From NCBI RefSeq assembly GCF_009914755.1, contig NC_060937.1: a DNA stretch of 64,000 nt; one strand, 5' to 3'. Position 1 is the first letter of the stretch; every line of letters begins with the position of its first letter. This DNA comes from the human T2T-CHM13v2.0 reference genome, Homo sapiens. Below the pieces are notes generated by a model. It did not search any database and had not been told where the DNA came from. It was given only the letters and a program-made list of their open reading frames with translations. Positions 46,481 through 63,590 of this stretch are shown in pieces. The translations under genes were made by a program, and so were the position numbers.

Positions 46481-47125
46481 CTTGTTACAGTCGTACAAAT
46501 GGAGCAAGGCAGTAGAAATCAACCAATTGGAAATAAAGAAGTCTGGCAGAGATAGGTTCATCAACAGTAAGAAAAAAGTGAAAAGCGGACAGGAAAGAAA
46601 TGGCAGAGGTCCTAAAGGCATGCACAGAAATTAACAAGGAAAACATCTACAGAGGAAAGAACTTATTTTCAAACAGGGATAGCTAAGTGAAGTTGAGGCC
46701 ATTCTTCCTGACCAAGAAGCAGAGACCCCCAGCAAGCTCTTTCCTTCCAGCCCACAGAAGAATCATACTCAACTCATACTCACTACTTTCTCATTGGTGT
46801 TAACATAAGAGATGAAATCTATTTGCTTTTCCTGCTTTTAGACAGCTTAGACATTTTAATCACCCCTGCAGTTACCACCTGTACATCAAAAGCCCTGTGC
46901 CACTGCTGTTTATGTTGCTGCCAACAAATGAATCACAATGCTTGCATTGTCTTTACCGCGCTCTATCTAAGATAGGGAAGTACACACAACATTCTGGAAT
47001 GGCGGCACGTTTTGGTTATGAGAGAATTAAATGTCATTACACTCGAACATAGTGATGCTAAATAAAAGGAGACATCATTCTACTTCAAATGCACCTACAA
47101 CTTTAAAATGGCATCTGACACCAAC

Positions 47126-47375
47126 CTGGATTCTTCGGATGCTGACGATTGCCTCTGACACCCTCTCAATGGCTGAGGGGAAGAAGAGGGTAACCGTCAG
47201 CCGCACAGCCCCATACAGCGTCACTGCCACGAACACGCGGCTGGCTGTGATCACACTGCCGAGGAGCACGTAGGTGGTGAAGGTCACAAACACGATGATT
47301 TTGCTTGCACTGAAAAACGAAGCCAAATTCATCCCCCTGAGGCAGGAACTTCTCAGAATCTTGGAAATCTCCTTC
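47126..47375 (-). CDS. ABCC4: ABCC4 exon 8 (250 nt), [19 protein letters not shown]...SIRRIQ
   Basis: ctttcag|G acceptor, CAG|gttggt donor; overlaps ORF 47075..47332. Confidence 0.97.
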
Positions 47376-47414
47376 CTGAAAGAGAGTACAGGTTTTTAAA
47401 AAAGCAGTGATGTC

Positions 47415-47523
47415 AACCAGATAAAGTGGCTCACGCCTGCAATCTCAGCACTTTGGGAGCTGAGGTGGATGAATTGTTTGAACCCAGGAGTTTGAGACCT
47501 TCCTGGGCAACAACAACAAAAAA
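47415..47523 (+). mobile_element. FLAM / Alu left monomer
   Basis: gtggctcacgcctgcaatctcagcactttgggag...gggcaaca. Confidence 0.8.
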
Positions 47524-47635
47524 GTGCAAAGGTGAGAGGTGGCCAGGAACTACCCAAGAAATCATAAGAAGTATCATGTGCTGGAATGCAACAACTAATC
47601 AAATATTTAATCCAAAAGCCAAAAAAAATACATAT

Positions 47636-47989
<354 letters not shown>

Positions 47990-48391
47990 TGATTCATATA
48001 GTTTGGTCCAATATAGATATGCCCAGTCTCTATAACTTGTCCATTTGGCTACATTAATATAAACTATAGTTTTATTTTAAACACCATTATTCTCAAATAC
48101 TAACATCTTAGACTCATTGTTGGGATTTGGGATATTCAGAAACATTTGGAATTTCACTTTTGTATTAGTAAGAAGCATACATGCTTTCTGTTTAAGAACA
48201 TGGTAAATGGAAGACCAAGTGAAAATAACGTTCTCTACCATTCTACTTAACCCAACTGCCAAGCGTGGGGACTGGGATGGATTGTACTGAACTTCCCATA
48301 ATGTGAAAACACAGTAAAACTTCTAAAACCATCAACAAGAATAGCAAATAGAAAAATACAAAAATATGGTACAATGTATACAAAAACTTAC

Positions 48392-48517
48392 TTTCTCAAA
48401 TTGGTAATAAGATTTGAAAATGACTTTTCCCAGGCGTACATTTTTATTATCCTTATACCAGTTATAACTTCATTCATGGTCCTGATCCTGGCATCCGTGA
48501 AAGTTGCAGTTTTACTC
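48392..48517 (-). CDS. ABCC4: ABCC4 exon 7 (126 nt), [42 protein letters not shown]
   Basis: ccttag|G acceptor, AA|gtaagt donor; ABCC-family IKMYAWE motif; missed by the ORF track. Confidence 0.97.
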
Positions 48518-49199
48518 CTAAGGGGAACCAGACACGGGAGATGAGCCTGAGCGATCACAGCCTGCCCTTATCAGCGGCAGGCACAGGCAGGGACCTGCAT
48601 CACATGGTTCCCTACAGCGCTTTTGATTCCGACAACACAGACAGGTCCTACTCAAAATACAAATAGAAAAAGACTTCGATTAGGAAGTCAACAATCTATA
48701 CCAACTCAACAAGTATTTTGGAGAATTTGTAATATCTGCTGAGGAAGACATGAAAATGAGTCAGATGTCATCTGTCCCCTCGAGGAGCTCACAGGTGGGC
48801 AGGAAAGGCAGAAAGGCACCCGAGCCTGACGATAACACAGTGGTCAGAGAGTGCTAAAATGGGAATGAAGTGCTGGGGAGCAGAAAAGAAAGGGCTGTTT
48901 GTTAACTCCACTGGGAAAGAGGAGAGCGAAAAAAAAAAAAAAACTTCAGAGGACCAGGAGCATTTGAACGGGGCCTCAAAGGACAAGGACTATTTCTCCA
49001 GATGGCAAAGAGGGGAAGGTCCAAGTAGAAAATACACCATAAGCAAAAGCATAAAACAAAGAACTCAATGCACTTCCAACAGTGGCTCATCTCGATCCAG
49101 CTGACAACCTTGACAATGAACCATTTCCAATTCGTTGGAACCTGCTTCAAGTCTAATTTATTTTATCATCATTAATCTCTTGATCAAAAGCTGTATTTC

Positions 49200-49664
<465 letters not shown>

Positions 49665-50017
49665 TAAAGATGTATGCAGCTAGAATGGAGCCTATGAAAC
49701 ATTTCAATTTATCATTATTCATTATATGTTTAACTAACTTCTACATATGTGATTTCTGCTTAAGGACACTCTACTTATTGAGGCCACAGCGCCTGAAAAG
49801 CTGGCTGGGAGGAGCCAGTGAATGCCTTCACCTTTCTCCCTTGAAGATTTGCCTTCAGCGTAAGGACGGAGGCCCCCTTGGCTGAGCCTGAAGAGCTGCA
49901 ACATATGCAAGGAAGAGATAATAAAAGGCATTTAGTTTGTTTCTGAACAAAAGCATTGGGAAGACTGTGGATGTTACCAAATACATATGACATTTTTCAC
50001 AGCAGTATTTCTCTTAC

Positions 50018-50181
50018 CTCAGTGATGAGAACAACTTCCCAAAACAGCTTTGCAAGGGCAGGAGAATGATTAGAACTGCCATCCCAGCAAGGCACGATAT
50101 TCCTATCTCCATCCAGAGTAGGGCAGTCACTGCGATCGCCTGCAGTGGTCCTGCCCACAGGAAGTGTAAGAACACTGTCAC
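50018..50181 (-). CDS. ABCC4: ABCC4 exon 6 (164 nt), [14 protein letters not shown]...FGKLFSSLR
   Basis: ttaaag|GTG acceptor, AG|gtaaga donor; transmembrane segments. Confidence 0.97.
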
Positions 50182-50776
50182 CTTTAAAGAAAAAGACAGA
50201 GCGTTCTTAGGACTCCAGAAAAGCAAAACCAGTAAGAACACAGTACAGAAACGATCCACTGGAAAAGAACAGGCAAGATCCTAAACAGAAATGGCCACAG
50301 TGGGTTTACAGCTGCTAAAGCAGAAATCCAAGCACCCACCACAGGTGAAGCCATTCTGGGGAAACAAAGAGTGGGTCTGGGAGACTCGCAAGAGAATCCG
50401 ACCAGCGGCATTAGAAGAATGTCTTGATCGTGACTATCTTCACTGATGAGCTGAGCATTTTCCAGAACTCTCTGCCACAGAATTCAGCTCCCATATGCCC
50501 TGGGGCTCCCCAGTACCCCAAGAAAGCCTGTACTACAGTGCCCACCACATACTCCAGTAATTTACTTGTGTGTTTGTCTCCCAGACAGGCAGTGAGCTTC
50601 TTCAGAACAGAAACCAAGTCTTATTCATTGTCCCTGACACTGAGCGGAGGCTTTAGTTCATTCTGATGAATGAATAATTGGAAAAAAGAAGTGGTCCTAG
50701 TGCAAAATGAATATGGCCAGCAGCTAGAATGCCCTGGATAAATGATACCGCTACAAGGTAAGTATTAAACAATGGA

Positions 50777-51202
50777 TACTGGGCGGGTATGGTGTTCACA
50801 CCTGTAATCCCAGCACTTTGGGAGGCCAAGGTAGCGAGAATCGCTTGAGGCCAGAATCTTGAGACCAGCCTGCGCAACAAGGCGTGATCCCTTCTCTACA
50901 AATAATAAAAAAAGAAATTAGCCAGCAATCCTTTTGTAGTTCATGAGCATGATAATCGGGTGTTCACGCACTTGTGTGAGATGTGCCACCCTTGAATTTT
51001 GTTATGATGTTTCCACAATAGCCCATCTGACATGAAAATTCAAAAAAAAAGAAATTAGCTGTTCACGGTGATGCACACCTGTAGTCACAGCTAATCAGGA
51101 GGCTGAGACAGGAGGATCGCACATCACTTGAGCCCAGGAGTTCAAGCCTTCAGCGAGCTATGATCCTGCCACTGCAATCCAGTGTGAACAGAGTGAGCCC
51201 CT
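50777..51202 (+). mobile_element. AluJ split at its A-rich linker by the U13 retrocopy
   Basis: Left arm ~50777-50925; right arm resumes at ~51051. Confidence 0.88.
50928..51031 (+). pseudogene. U13 (SNORD13) box C/D snoRNA retrocopy
   Basis: ATCCTTTTGTAGTTCATGAGC...GTGTGAGATGTGCCACCCTTGAA...CTGAC follows full-length U13 as recalled; A-rich tail and 16-bp flanking repeat aaaaaaagaaattagc. Confidence 0.92.
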
Positions 51203-51275
51203 ACCTCCAGAAAGAATAAAAGGGGGAAGAGGGGTGTTTAATGCAATGAAAAAGGATCCCTGAGCTGCAGCTTAC

Positions 51276-51365
51276 CTGATCAAACTTGTTCACATCATTG
51301 GACAGCAGATTGACTATCTGGCCTGTGGTTGTCTTCCCCATGGCCATGTTACTAAGACGAAGTGC
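51276..51365 (-). CDS. ABCC4: ABCC4 exon 5 (90 nt), [30 protein letters not shown]
   Basis: tttcag|GCA acceptor, CAG|gtaagc donor; matches MRP4 TMD1 cytoplasmic loop. Confidence 0.97.
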
Positions 51366-52140
51366 CTGAAATAAAAGAGGTAAGTAGAGAATTGTATTCA
51401 TGCAGTGATACTAAGTCAGGCTTAGGACACAGCAGACCTGAGGAAGTCTCGTGTGATGTCAAGACCAGATCTGAGCACAAGCATCCCCACCCCCCCACTG
51501 CCCCCTCTCTCTGCCCCACCAGCACCTTTAGTGGTGGCAGCTGTGTCAGGACAGCAAAGCGAGGGGTAGGAAGAAGAAAAATCTCCCACCTCATTTAATG
51601 AATTTGGACATGCCCCCAAGTACAAAAGGACATAAGTTTCTACTTAAGAGCCAACCAAAGTAATTTTGAGCCAAATTAGGGAAGAACGGAGAGGCTGTCA
51701 GAGGAACAAAATGAGAGGACGTGGACTATAAATCCGTACCAATCACTAATTCTCTGTGCAACATTATTAAACACACGGGGCCTTAGTCTCTTCATCCTGC
51801 CTGGATCACAGGGTTTCAATGTGTTCAATGGGAAGTGACAAATATGGAGTATCAACTATCTGGAGGACACCAGGAGCCCCAGCAGATACAGTGACACAGT
51901 CATGTTTTCCTGCCTTGGGAGACAGGGCTAGGTATGTCCAGACACCTGTGATTCAACTGTGACCTGCACAGAGAACTGGGGACAGTTCTAACTGAGGGAC
52001 ACTGGGTGGGAGAGACCCTGGACGATGAAGGAGGGACTTTATGGAGGGAAGGGAAGGGCACTGCAGGGGAGGCCTAGCTAGGACAGAAGTACGGAGAAGG
52101 GGGATGTGGGGGCTGCTGAATAAAGAACACCCCAAACCTG

Positions 52141-52256
52141 GCTGAAGCAGGTGAAGCTCATGGAAGCGGGGCTGAAACAGGTGAAGCTTATGGAAATGGG
52201 GCTGAAGCAGGTGAAGCTCATGGAAGCAGGGCTGAAGCAGGTGAAGCTTATGGAAG
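52141..52256. repeat. 30-bp minisatellite, about 4 copies
   Basis: gctgaagcaggtgaagct(c/t)atggaa.. units at 52141, 52171, 52201, 52231. Confidence 0.95.
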
Positions 52257-52481
52257 GCAATATGGAACAGTACGTGTGGTTTTTCAAGTTAGAGGGAGAA
52301 ACTCAACTTAAGGAAGGTTAAACAGTAGAAGCAATTGGCCAGGAGACTACTGGAAGGAGGAGAATGAGTTGCCGCTGGAATAACAGTCCAGGCAAAAGGC
52401 AACAAGACTGTCAACGAGGGCTATGTGAATGGGAAAAAAAGGGCCAGATAGAAGTGAAAACATTTTGAAAAGTTAAAAAAT

Positions 52482-52772
52482 GGCTGGGCACGGTGGCTCA
52501 CACCTGTAATCCCAGCACTTAGTGGGGCTGAAGGCAGATCACTTGAGGTCAGGAGTTCGAGATCAGCCTGGCCAACATGGGGAAACCCTGTCTCTACTAA
52601 AAATACAAAAATTAGCTTGGTGTGGTGGTGTGCACCTGTAATCCCAGCTACTCGGGAGGCTGAGGCAGAAAATCACTTGAACCGGGAGGCAGGGGTTGCA
52701 ATCAGCCAAGATTGCACCACTGTACTCCAGCCTGGGTGACAGAGTGAGACTGTCTCAAAAAAAAAAAAAAAA
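52482..52772 (+). mobile_element. AluS
   Basis: Full Alu. Confidence 0.93.
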
Positions 52773-53433
52773 ATTAAAAAATGCTATTATGCAAATATAA
52801 GTGAATCAATCATAAAATACAAAGAAAGAAGAAAATGTAGGAGTGAGGGAGAAGAAAGGGAAGGAAGGAGACCAGCCCGCCCCTGTAGGAAAGAAACAGA
52901 ACGTAATGTGCCTTATTGACTACAAACTATCTGTAAATATTTATAAAGCCAGTCTTACATACAAAATGTTAATCCCACATGCAGAAAATACCACATTTTT
53001 AAAGCATGTAAATTTGATACCTAATTTTAACAAAATAAAAGCAAAATGTCAACACCAAACTCTAAGCCTAAGCTGACCCTTTTCAAGAAATCTGAAGTCA
53101 ATTGTGCCCAACTTGAACTATCATCCACACATTGTGTCTGATGCCAACAATGAGGATTTAGGTAAGACAGCACAGATGCCAATTTGTGAAAAAGACAAAG
53201 TTCTTCTGGGTGCACCAGGAGGGCTACTTGTAAGTCGTGTATTACTGTGACCAGGTGTAGAGGTGGAATAAAAGGCTGGGCAGATACTCGGGTTGTAATT
53301 GAAGTTAACCCAAGTGAACGATAACTCTACAGTCAACACAGAAATTAAGGGTCTGCTGAAATTAAATCAGTCATACTCCAGATAGGATAAAAAAAATCAT
53401 GAAGGGCCATGAATATTATTAATGAGGAAGACA

Positions 53434-53728
53434 TGCCAGGTGCGGTGGCTCACACCTGTAATCCCAGCACTTTGGGAGGCTGAGGCAGGCAGATCACCTG
53501 AGGTCAGGAGTTCGAGACCAGCCTGGTCAACATGGTGAATCCCTGTCTCTACAAAAATACAAAAATTAGCCAGGCATGATGGCAGGTGCCTGTAATCCCA
53601 GCTACTCAGGAGGCTGAGGCAGGAGAATCACTTGAACCCAGGAGGCAGAGGCAGCAGTGAGCCAAGATCGTGCCATTACACTCCAGCTTCGGCGACTGAG
53701 CAAGACTCCATCTTAAAAAAAAAAAAAA
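53434..53728 (+). mobile_element. AluS
   Basis: Full Alu; TSD around gaggaagaca. Confidence 0.93.
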
Positions 53729-53739
53729 GAGGAAGACAC

Positions 53740-56500
<2,761 letters not shown>

Positions 56501-58039
56501 AAAGAAACAAACAAACAAACAACAACAACAAAACACTGCTCACATCCTCAGAAGTACAATTAGTGTAATCATATATCTGTGTTACCCTCAGCAGCTACCA
56601 GAATATATAGACCAAGTCATATTCATTTATGTCATTATGATCATAAATCAAGCTACCATTTAGTAAGCATCTACTGTAAGCCAGACAACTGAACAAGAAA
56701 ACAACTATGAAGTAAGAATTATTCCTATTTTGTAGATGAGAAGATAAAAATAAACTCAAACTACTTACATCTGACAGAGAACAAGCAATTATTTTTTCAA
56801 TGAAGCAAAGTTACCAGTGTTTCTCATTAATGTAGAAAACTAAAGTTTGGTTCCAATAAAGTGTCCATGTTATAGTTTAAAAGAGTTCACATCCAATGTA
56901 CAGAAAAAATCTGTAAATTAATGTATCATCGTTCTGCAAATATTTTGATTCTATGCTTCATTAACCTGACAGGTTATAAAAGGACACCATTAGATTAAAT
57001 TTGTTTTCCCTGTGAAAACAAAATAGTTCTACCATGAGAACAAATAAAAGGCAACTAAAACAAACTGAAATCAAAACCTGTAGTACACATCCCAGACCCA
57101 AAATATCTTTAATAAATCAACGGCCCCTACATATCGATATGAATTATAAATGCCTACCAATTATTTTTTAAAAGGAGCAAAGAATGTGTGCAGGAAATTC
57201 ACCAAAAAAAAAAAAAAAAAAACCAGCACAAATGGCCAAGGAAATGCAAATGCTGAAATCCACTATTACACAAAGCCATGTAAATTAAAACAACAATGCA
57301 TTATTTTTCACCTATCAAAATTGGTGAGATTGACAGTGATTATTAAAATATAACATCAAATCTGGACTTGTAGGGAGCTCTCTCATTTCACCGGGGAAAA
57401 TGTAAGTAATTAACAACTCTTGGGGAGGAAATCAATCTAGCATAGCAAAAGCCTTGAAATTTGTACACCCTAGGAAATGAAGGATCTGTCCAAATGTTTA
57501 GCTTTAATCATGTCCATTAAAATGCTATTTGTAATATACAAAAACTAGAAGACATCTAACTATCTAATTACTAAAAACTGGAAAACATCTGAGTATCTAA
57601 TTATTGGTTACTCTAGAATCCGCATGCCATTAAGAACGATACTGTGAATGGTGGAAGTAAACACCATCAGAGCAGGGCACCATTTGATAGCTGCTTACTA
57701 CTGAAGGCAGGCAAGGAAATACATTTGAGATTACAAGAAAACTCTACTATCTAGAACAAAACATTAATTGTATTCAATTTCTTAAAAATAAATCATGTAA
57801 TATCTAGCTTCATTTGAAAAATATAAACTGTTTCTTCTTTCTTGATTATTTTAATCAGTGTGGCCACATAAATATCACCATCAAAGGGAGGTGGAAGGAG
57901 AGAATGACCTTTTCATGGAACTGAGTTTTCCAGACTGGTGAGATGAATATCCCTTTTTGGATTAAATGCATTAATCCAATCTTCATTTTAACAGATGTCT
58001 TTCCCCCCTCTCTAATAGTCCTTTTAAAACAGAAGATGC

Positions 58040-58345
<306 letters not shown>

Positions 58346-59164
58346 AAACAAAAGATGCAAACTGCAGTTCATCACCTTCACGATGCAAATTCCTCACAAC
58401 AATATGGCTCTTACCCAGTGTCAATGACCCGGGGTGGACAGGGATGCTCCTCTCACAGAGTCCCCAAATGGCCACACTTTTCGGATTCGGGTACTTCCTG
58501 ATCCATCTTGCCCCTGGCTGTCAGGCTATCAGGTATCTCTTTATTCTCATCAGAATGTCACACCATTACCTACTAGTGTTTTAGACTAGGATGTGGCTTT
58601 TGAGTGCTGTAAGTAAAGTCAGAGTAAAAACGTTCTGAATAAGCATATAAAGTAAGTATTATCTATCTTATTTATTTTATGTTTTGCTTACTTCCTGGTT
58701 CATGACCCTACCCCAGAGTTGAGTTTGTGAGGTAATGAAACTTCCAATTAAACTGGGTATTTCTGCAACAGGCAACTAGGATGAGTATGTTTAATCACTT
58801 GAAGCAGAAAATTGCCTGTATTTTTCCAATACTGTTGGCCAGAGTTGCTTAGTAACAACATATCTACTTTAATGACTGCACAATCTAAAACCAATAATCT
58901 CTGTTTCTGAGGGGATGATCCAAGGACTGGCTAATATCCTCCTTCCTCGTAAACATGATGGGTGACTACCAAAGTCACATTCCTTCTCTAATTCTGTAAA
59001 AGAAATGAAATTTAAGGAGATGAAAATGTCCATCCAAAATCAACAACCTGTATGTTCTTTATAATCTGACAGTTTCACTGCCTTCTGAGGCTTTTGTTTG
59101 TGTTTCACCTGATTTTTCATGGCTGGAATACAAGCCTGAAAACCTATACAGAAAGTTCTCCGTA

Positions 59165-59440
59165 GGCCAGGTGGGGTGGCTCATGCCTGTAATCCCAGCA
59201 CTTTAGAAGACCAAGGCGGCAAGATCACATGAGCCCAGGAGTTCAAGACTAGACTGGGCAACATAGTGAGATCCTGTCTACAAAAAAATTTAAAAATTAA
59301 CCAGGCATGGTGGCACATGCCTGTAGTCCCAGCTACTCAGGAGGCTGAGGTGGAAAGATCGCTTGAGCCCAGGAGCTCAAGGCTGCAGTAAGCAGTAATC
59401 ATCCCACTGGAATCCAGTCTGGGCAACAGAGCAAAACCAA
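59165..59440 (+). mobile_element. AluJ
   Basis: Full Alu preceding the purine STR. Confidence 0.9.
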
Positions 59441-59527
59441 GAAAGAAAAGAAAAAAAAAGAAAAGAAAAGAAAAGAGACAGACAGATGAGAGAGAGAGAA
59501 AGAGAGATGAGAGAGAAAGAGAGAGAG

Positions 59528-59590
<63 letters not shown>

Positions 59591-59648
59591 AAAAAAGAGA
59601 GAGTGAGAAAGAAAGGAAGGAAGGAAAAGAAAAGAAAGGGAAAAAAAA
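59439..59648. repeat. Compound purine STR (GAAAA/GA/GAAA)n
   Basis: About 210 nt of almost pure A/G, including a long (GAAA)n run. Confidence 0.95.
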
Positions 59649-60119
59649 CCATTAGCGTTTCAATGAGTGGTGGGGCAGTCAATATACATTGAAGGAAATT
59701 AGTACAATCTAATTAGTCAATTCTACCAATACCCATGGAAAGAACATGTAACACAGTTTGAGAGTAATCTGTTCAAAGGGGGGCCACATCCCCCCACCAT
59801 GGCTGAAAGACCCCTCAGCCCCAGACCCTGCTATCACCAGTTTCTTTGCCTGAAAAACAAGCCCCAACTGAACTGGTTTATCGACTGAGAGGGGAACAGA
59901 GATGAGCAAGACATACTGGCAGGGCAACAGGAAGAAAAAGGAAAATATGGAGAGGGTGACAAGCCAGGGAGTGGGTAAAGAAGGGACAGTGAGGACATAC
60001 ATGGGGACAAATACATGGTCTAGGGTTAGGTCAGAGAAGATCATCTTAAGGAGAATATAAATGCAGTATACCCCCATTGAAGAGGAAGAAAAAAACCAAA
60101 CTTCTGTCATCTTTTTGTT

Positions 60120-60763
<644 letters not shown>

Positions 60764-61644
60764 CTGCTTTCTGCTTCTAAAAGAATAAGAAACAAATAAG
60801 AAATGTGTTTATAATGTATCTTCTCAAATATGACATGTTTCATGTGCCGTCTTTCAGACTAAGAATACTTGGAGGAAGCAATCTTCACTCTACAGACTCA
60901 CCAAAATTTTACTAAGAATCAGTCAAAATGAAAATATTTTACATACATGATTTTCCTTTTTTCCTAATGTTGTGTATTTATCAAAGTATTGACCTTGAGT
61001 AGGCCAGATATTCAGTAATCCGAAAGTAACAGTACACAGTACTGTAATACTGCAAAATTCATTCCATCATTCATTCCCATTTCAAGATTATCTTTGAAGC
61101 TTTAAGAAAATGAAGAGATTTGTGCAGCAGGAAAAAAAAATGACAGATGTCAGAAAATGTCTTACTAATGACTTATTCACTAACATACATTTTTACAACC
61201 AAACATACCAAATGCAGTAATGCCTTCATCTCTTTCACTGATGAGGATAAAGGAATTAGGAGAAAAATGCACAGAGAGAGGAGGGACAGACACTCTTTAC
61301 CAAGGTACCTCCTTCCCACTTTCTCGACTCTATGATAAGCATATCAAATAACAGCCCTGTGCCCACAGCTATTACCCCCAGGAGAGATCCAAAAGAGAAA
61401 ATGACCCTGTTCCTTCAGCTAATGGGTCCCAGAGGGAGTAGAAAGGAGAAGATGAGGACTTCAAAACACATCAGGACACAGGCAGTTGCTCAGAGCAAGA
61501 AGCCAGAAAAGGGTAGAATCTCAGAAATTCTTTCCTCTTCCACTACAGCTAAATAAAGGTTCAGCACCACAGTTGAGGATCAGGGTGAGGCAGAAGTTTT
61601 TCACTAAATGCTGAGAAAATGTATGACATAAACCCCAAAATTAA

Positions 61645-62155
61645 ATTTACCTGAGGACATGATGCGAAGTGAGATAAGCCACTCACAAAAGGATAAATAT
61701 GGTATGATCCCACTTGGATGAGGTCCCTTCAGTAGTCAGATTATTACAGACAGAAAGTAAAATGGAGGACACCAGAGGATGACAGGCAAGAGCCACCATG
61801 CCTTGCAAAAATTACAAATTTTATGTGACAGATATTTTTTTGAGACAGGGTCTCACTCCAGTGCCCAGGATGGCGTACAGTGGCACAATCATGGCTCACT
61901 GAAGCCTCAACTTCCTGAGCTCAGGTAATCCTCCCACCTCAGCCTCCCAAGTAGCTGAGACTACTGGTACACACCATCATGCCTGGCTGATTTTTGTATT
62001 TTTTGTAGAAACAGGGTTTCACTATGTTGCCCAGGCTGGTCTTGAACTCCAAGGCTCAAGCGATCCAGCCATCTGAGCCTCCCAAAGTATTGGGATTACA
62101 GGTGTAAGCCACCATGCCTGACCGTTATGTATATTTTACCACAATTTTTTTTAAT
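61645..62155 (+). mobile_element. L1MB-like 3' end with a nested reverse AluJ (~61835-62123)
   Basis: cctgaggacatgatgcgaagtgagataagccactcacaaaagga ... ttatgtatattttaccacaat. Confidence 0.7.
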
Positions 62156-62544
62156 TTTTAGTAGAAAAAGATTAAAAACAAATCAATTATGTTTGAAGGC
62201 CTGACAGTAAATAAGCACAAAATACAAATTCTAAACCTAGAGAAATATGTTAAAAAAAAAACGAGAAATAAAAACATTTTCAGGGCAGGGCAATGAAAAA
62301 ATGTAAAAATTTGCTATAACAGGATGTCTTAGAAGATAGAAAAAAGGAAAAAACAGAAAAAAAACTAAAATTTAAAAACTGAATTAATATTTTTAAAAAA
62401 TAAATAAATCATTGGCCATGATTTCAATATAAGTCCTGGGGAAAGGAATGCAGAGCCTCATGCGGCCCTTTCCCTTTCAAGGAAGCCACGTCCAGCCTCC
62501 CTCTCCACACCTGTTGTTCCCTTCGCCATCCTCTAGTACAGAAA

Positions 62545-62685
62545 CTTCCCTGAGGCACAAATTAAATATACAGATTTCCAGGCCCTTTCTCTAGAAATTC
62601 TGAAACAGCAGGTCAGGTCTGAGATGGCCCCAGGATTGGGGTTTTTGTTAAGCACACAGGTGACATATGGCAGATGCTGGAGCCC
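62545..62685. mobile_element. MER5-like hAT DNA transposon fragment
   Basis: tacagatttccaggccc...gaaattctga...caggtctgagatggccccagga. Confidence 0.55.
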
Positions 62686-63371
62686 CTCAGTCTTGCATAT
62701 GCCCTCACCCTCCATCTATTCAGTAAGGAAGTTAAACAGGCATGTCCTACAGCTCACACAACCACACCCTATACTGTACACTTGGAGCTCCCAGCTCCAC
62801 AGCTCATAAACATCTGGGCTATTCAACTAGCAGAGAGACTGGGCTCTGGCCACGGCTAAGTGGCTCATACCATAACGGCCCACTCCTCTGCCTCAGAACT
62901 GTACAACACTAGAAGGCAGATGTCTCCAGACACCAAGCATTGCCTTGGCTCTGAGCTAGGACACCACTTTCCGACTGTGGCAGTGAGCTGAAGTCCAAAC
63001 ACATCACAGCAGCCCTGCTGAGCAAAGGGGTGGAGGCCAGAGCTTGGGTTAGTTAAAGCCACTGGCATCTGCATGGCCCTGGACAGTAAGCAGGTATCAG
63101 AAGGGAAGGGCCCCAGAAGGCTATGGGGTGGGGGTGCTACAAGTCCTTGGCTGATGCGCGGGCACAGGTCAAGGCCGCCCAAGCCTTAACAGAGAGCTGG
63201 TGCTGAGGAGGAGTGAGCTGAATAGAGATACTGAAGGTCAAGCTGAGGTGAGGTACTGAAATTCTCACCAGACCAGAGTGCAGAAACCTCATTCACATAT
63301 CATTAACACACCTGGCATACGGTTGAAACACCAGAGAGATCATGTCTTAGAATTCAAGAGCACTATCCAGA

Positions 63372-63590
63372 GAAATAATTCTCAAACAGGGCAATTTTGC
63401 CTCCCAGGAGAGATGTGGCAACGACTGGAGGCACTACTGGTTGTTACAACTAGAGGGACGCTTTCGGTATCTAGTGGGCAGAGGCCACAGATGCTGTTCA
63501 ACATCTTACAATGCACGGAGCAGCCTCTCCATCCCCAAAAAGAAATTATTTAGCCCTAAATGTCAAGTGCTACCCAGGTTGAGCACTAAA
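63372..63590. mobile_element. MER20 DNA transposon
   Basis: ttctcaaacagggcaattttgcctccc...tctagtgggcagaggcc...gatgctg...catcttacaatgcac. Confidence 0.8.

Noticed and set aside
52078-52287. Regular 30-bp repeats and repetitive ORF (SFTCFSP) as a CRISPR-like array or repeat protein
   Set aside because: Head-to-tail units with no unique spacers, no cas genes, human intron; a minisatellite.
59377-59692. Arg/Lys/Glu-rich and Phe/Leu/Ser-rich ORFs (also 36943-37539)
   Set aside because: Translations of GAAA and GGAA microsatellites.
62674-62859. Peptide SLAYALTL resembling the MRP4 TMD2 segment LSYALTL
   Set aside because: Match is only ~15 nt, on the opposite strand, with no flanking similarity; chance.
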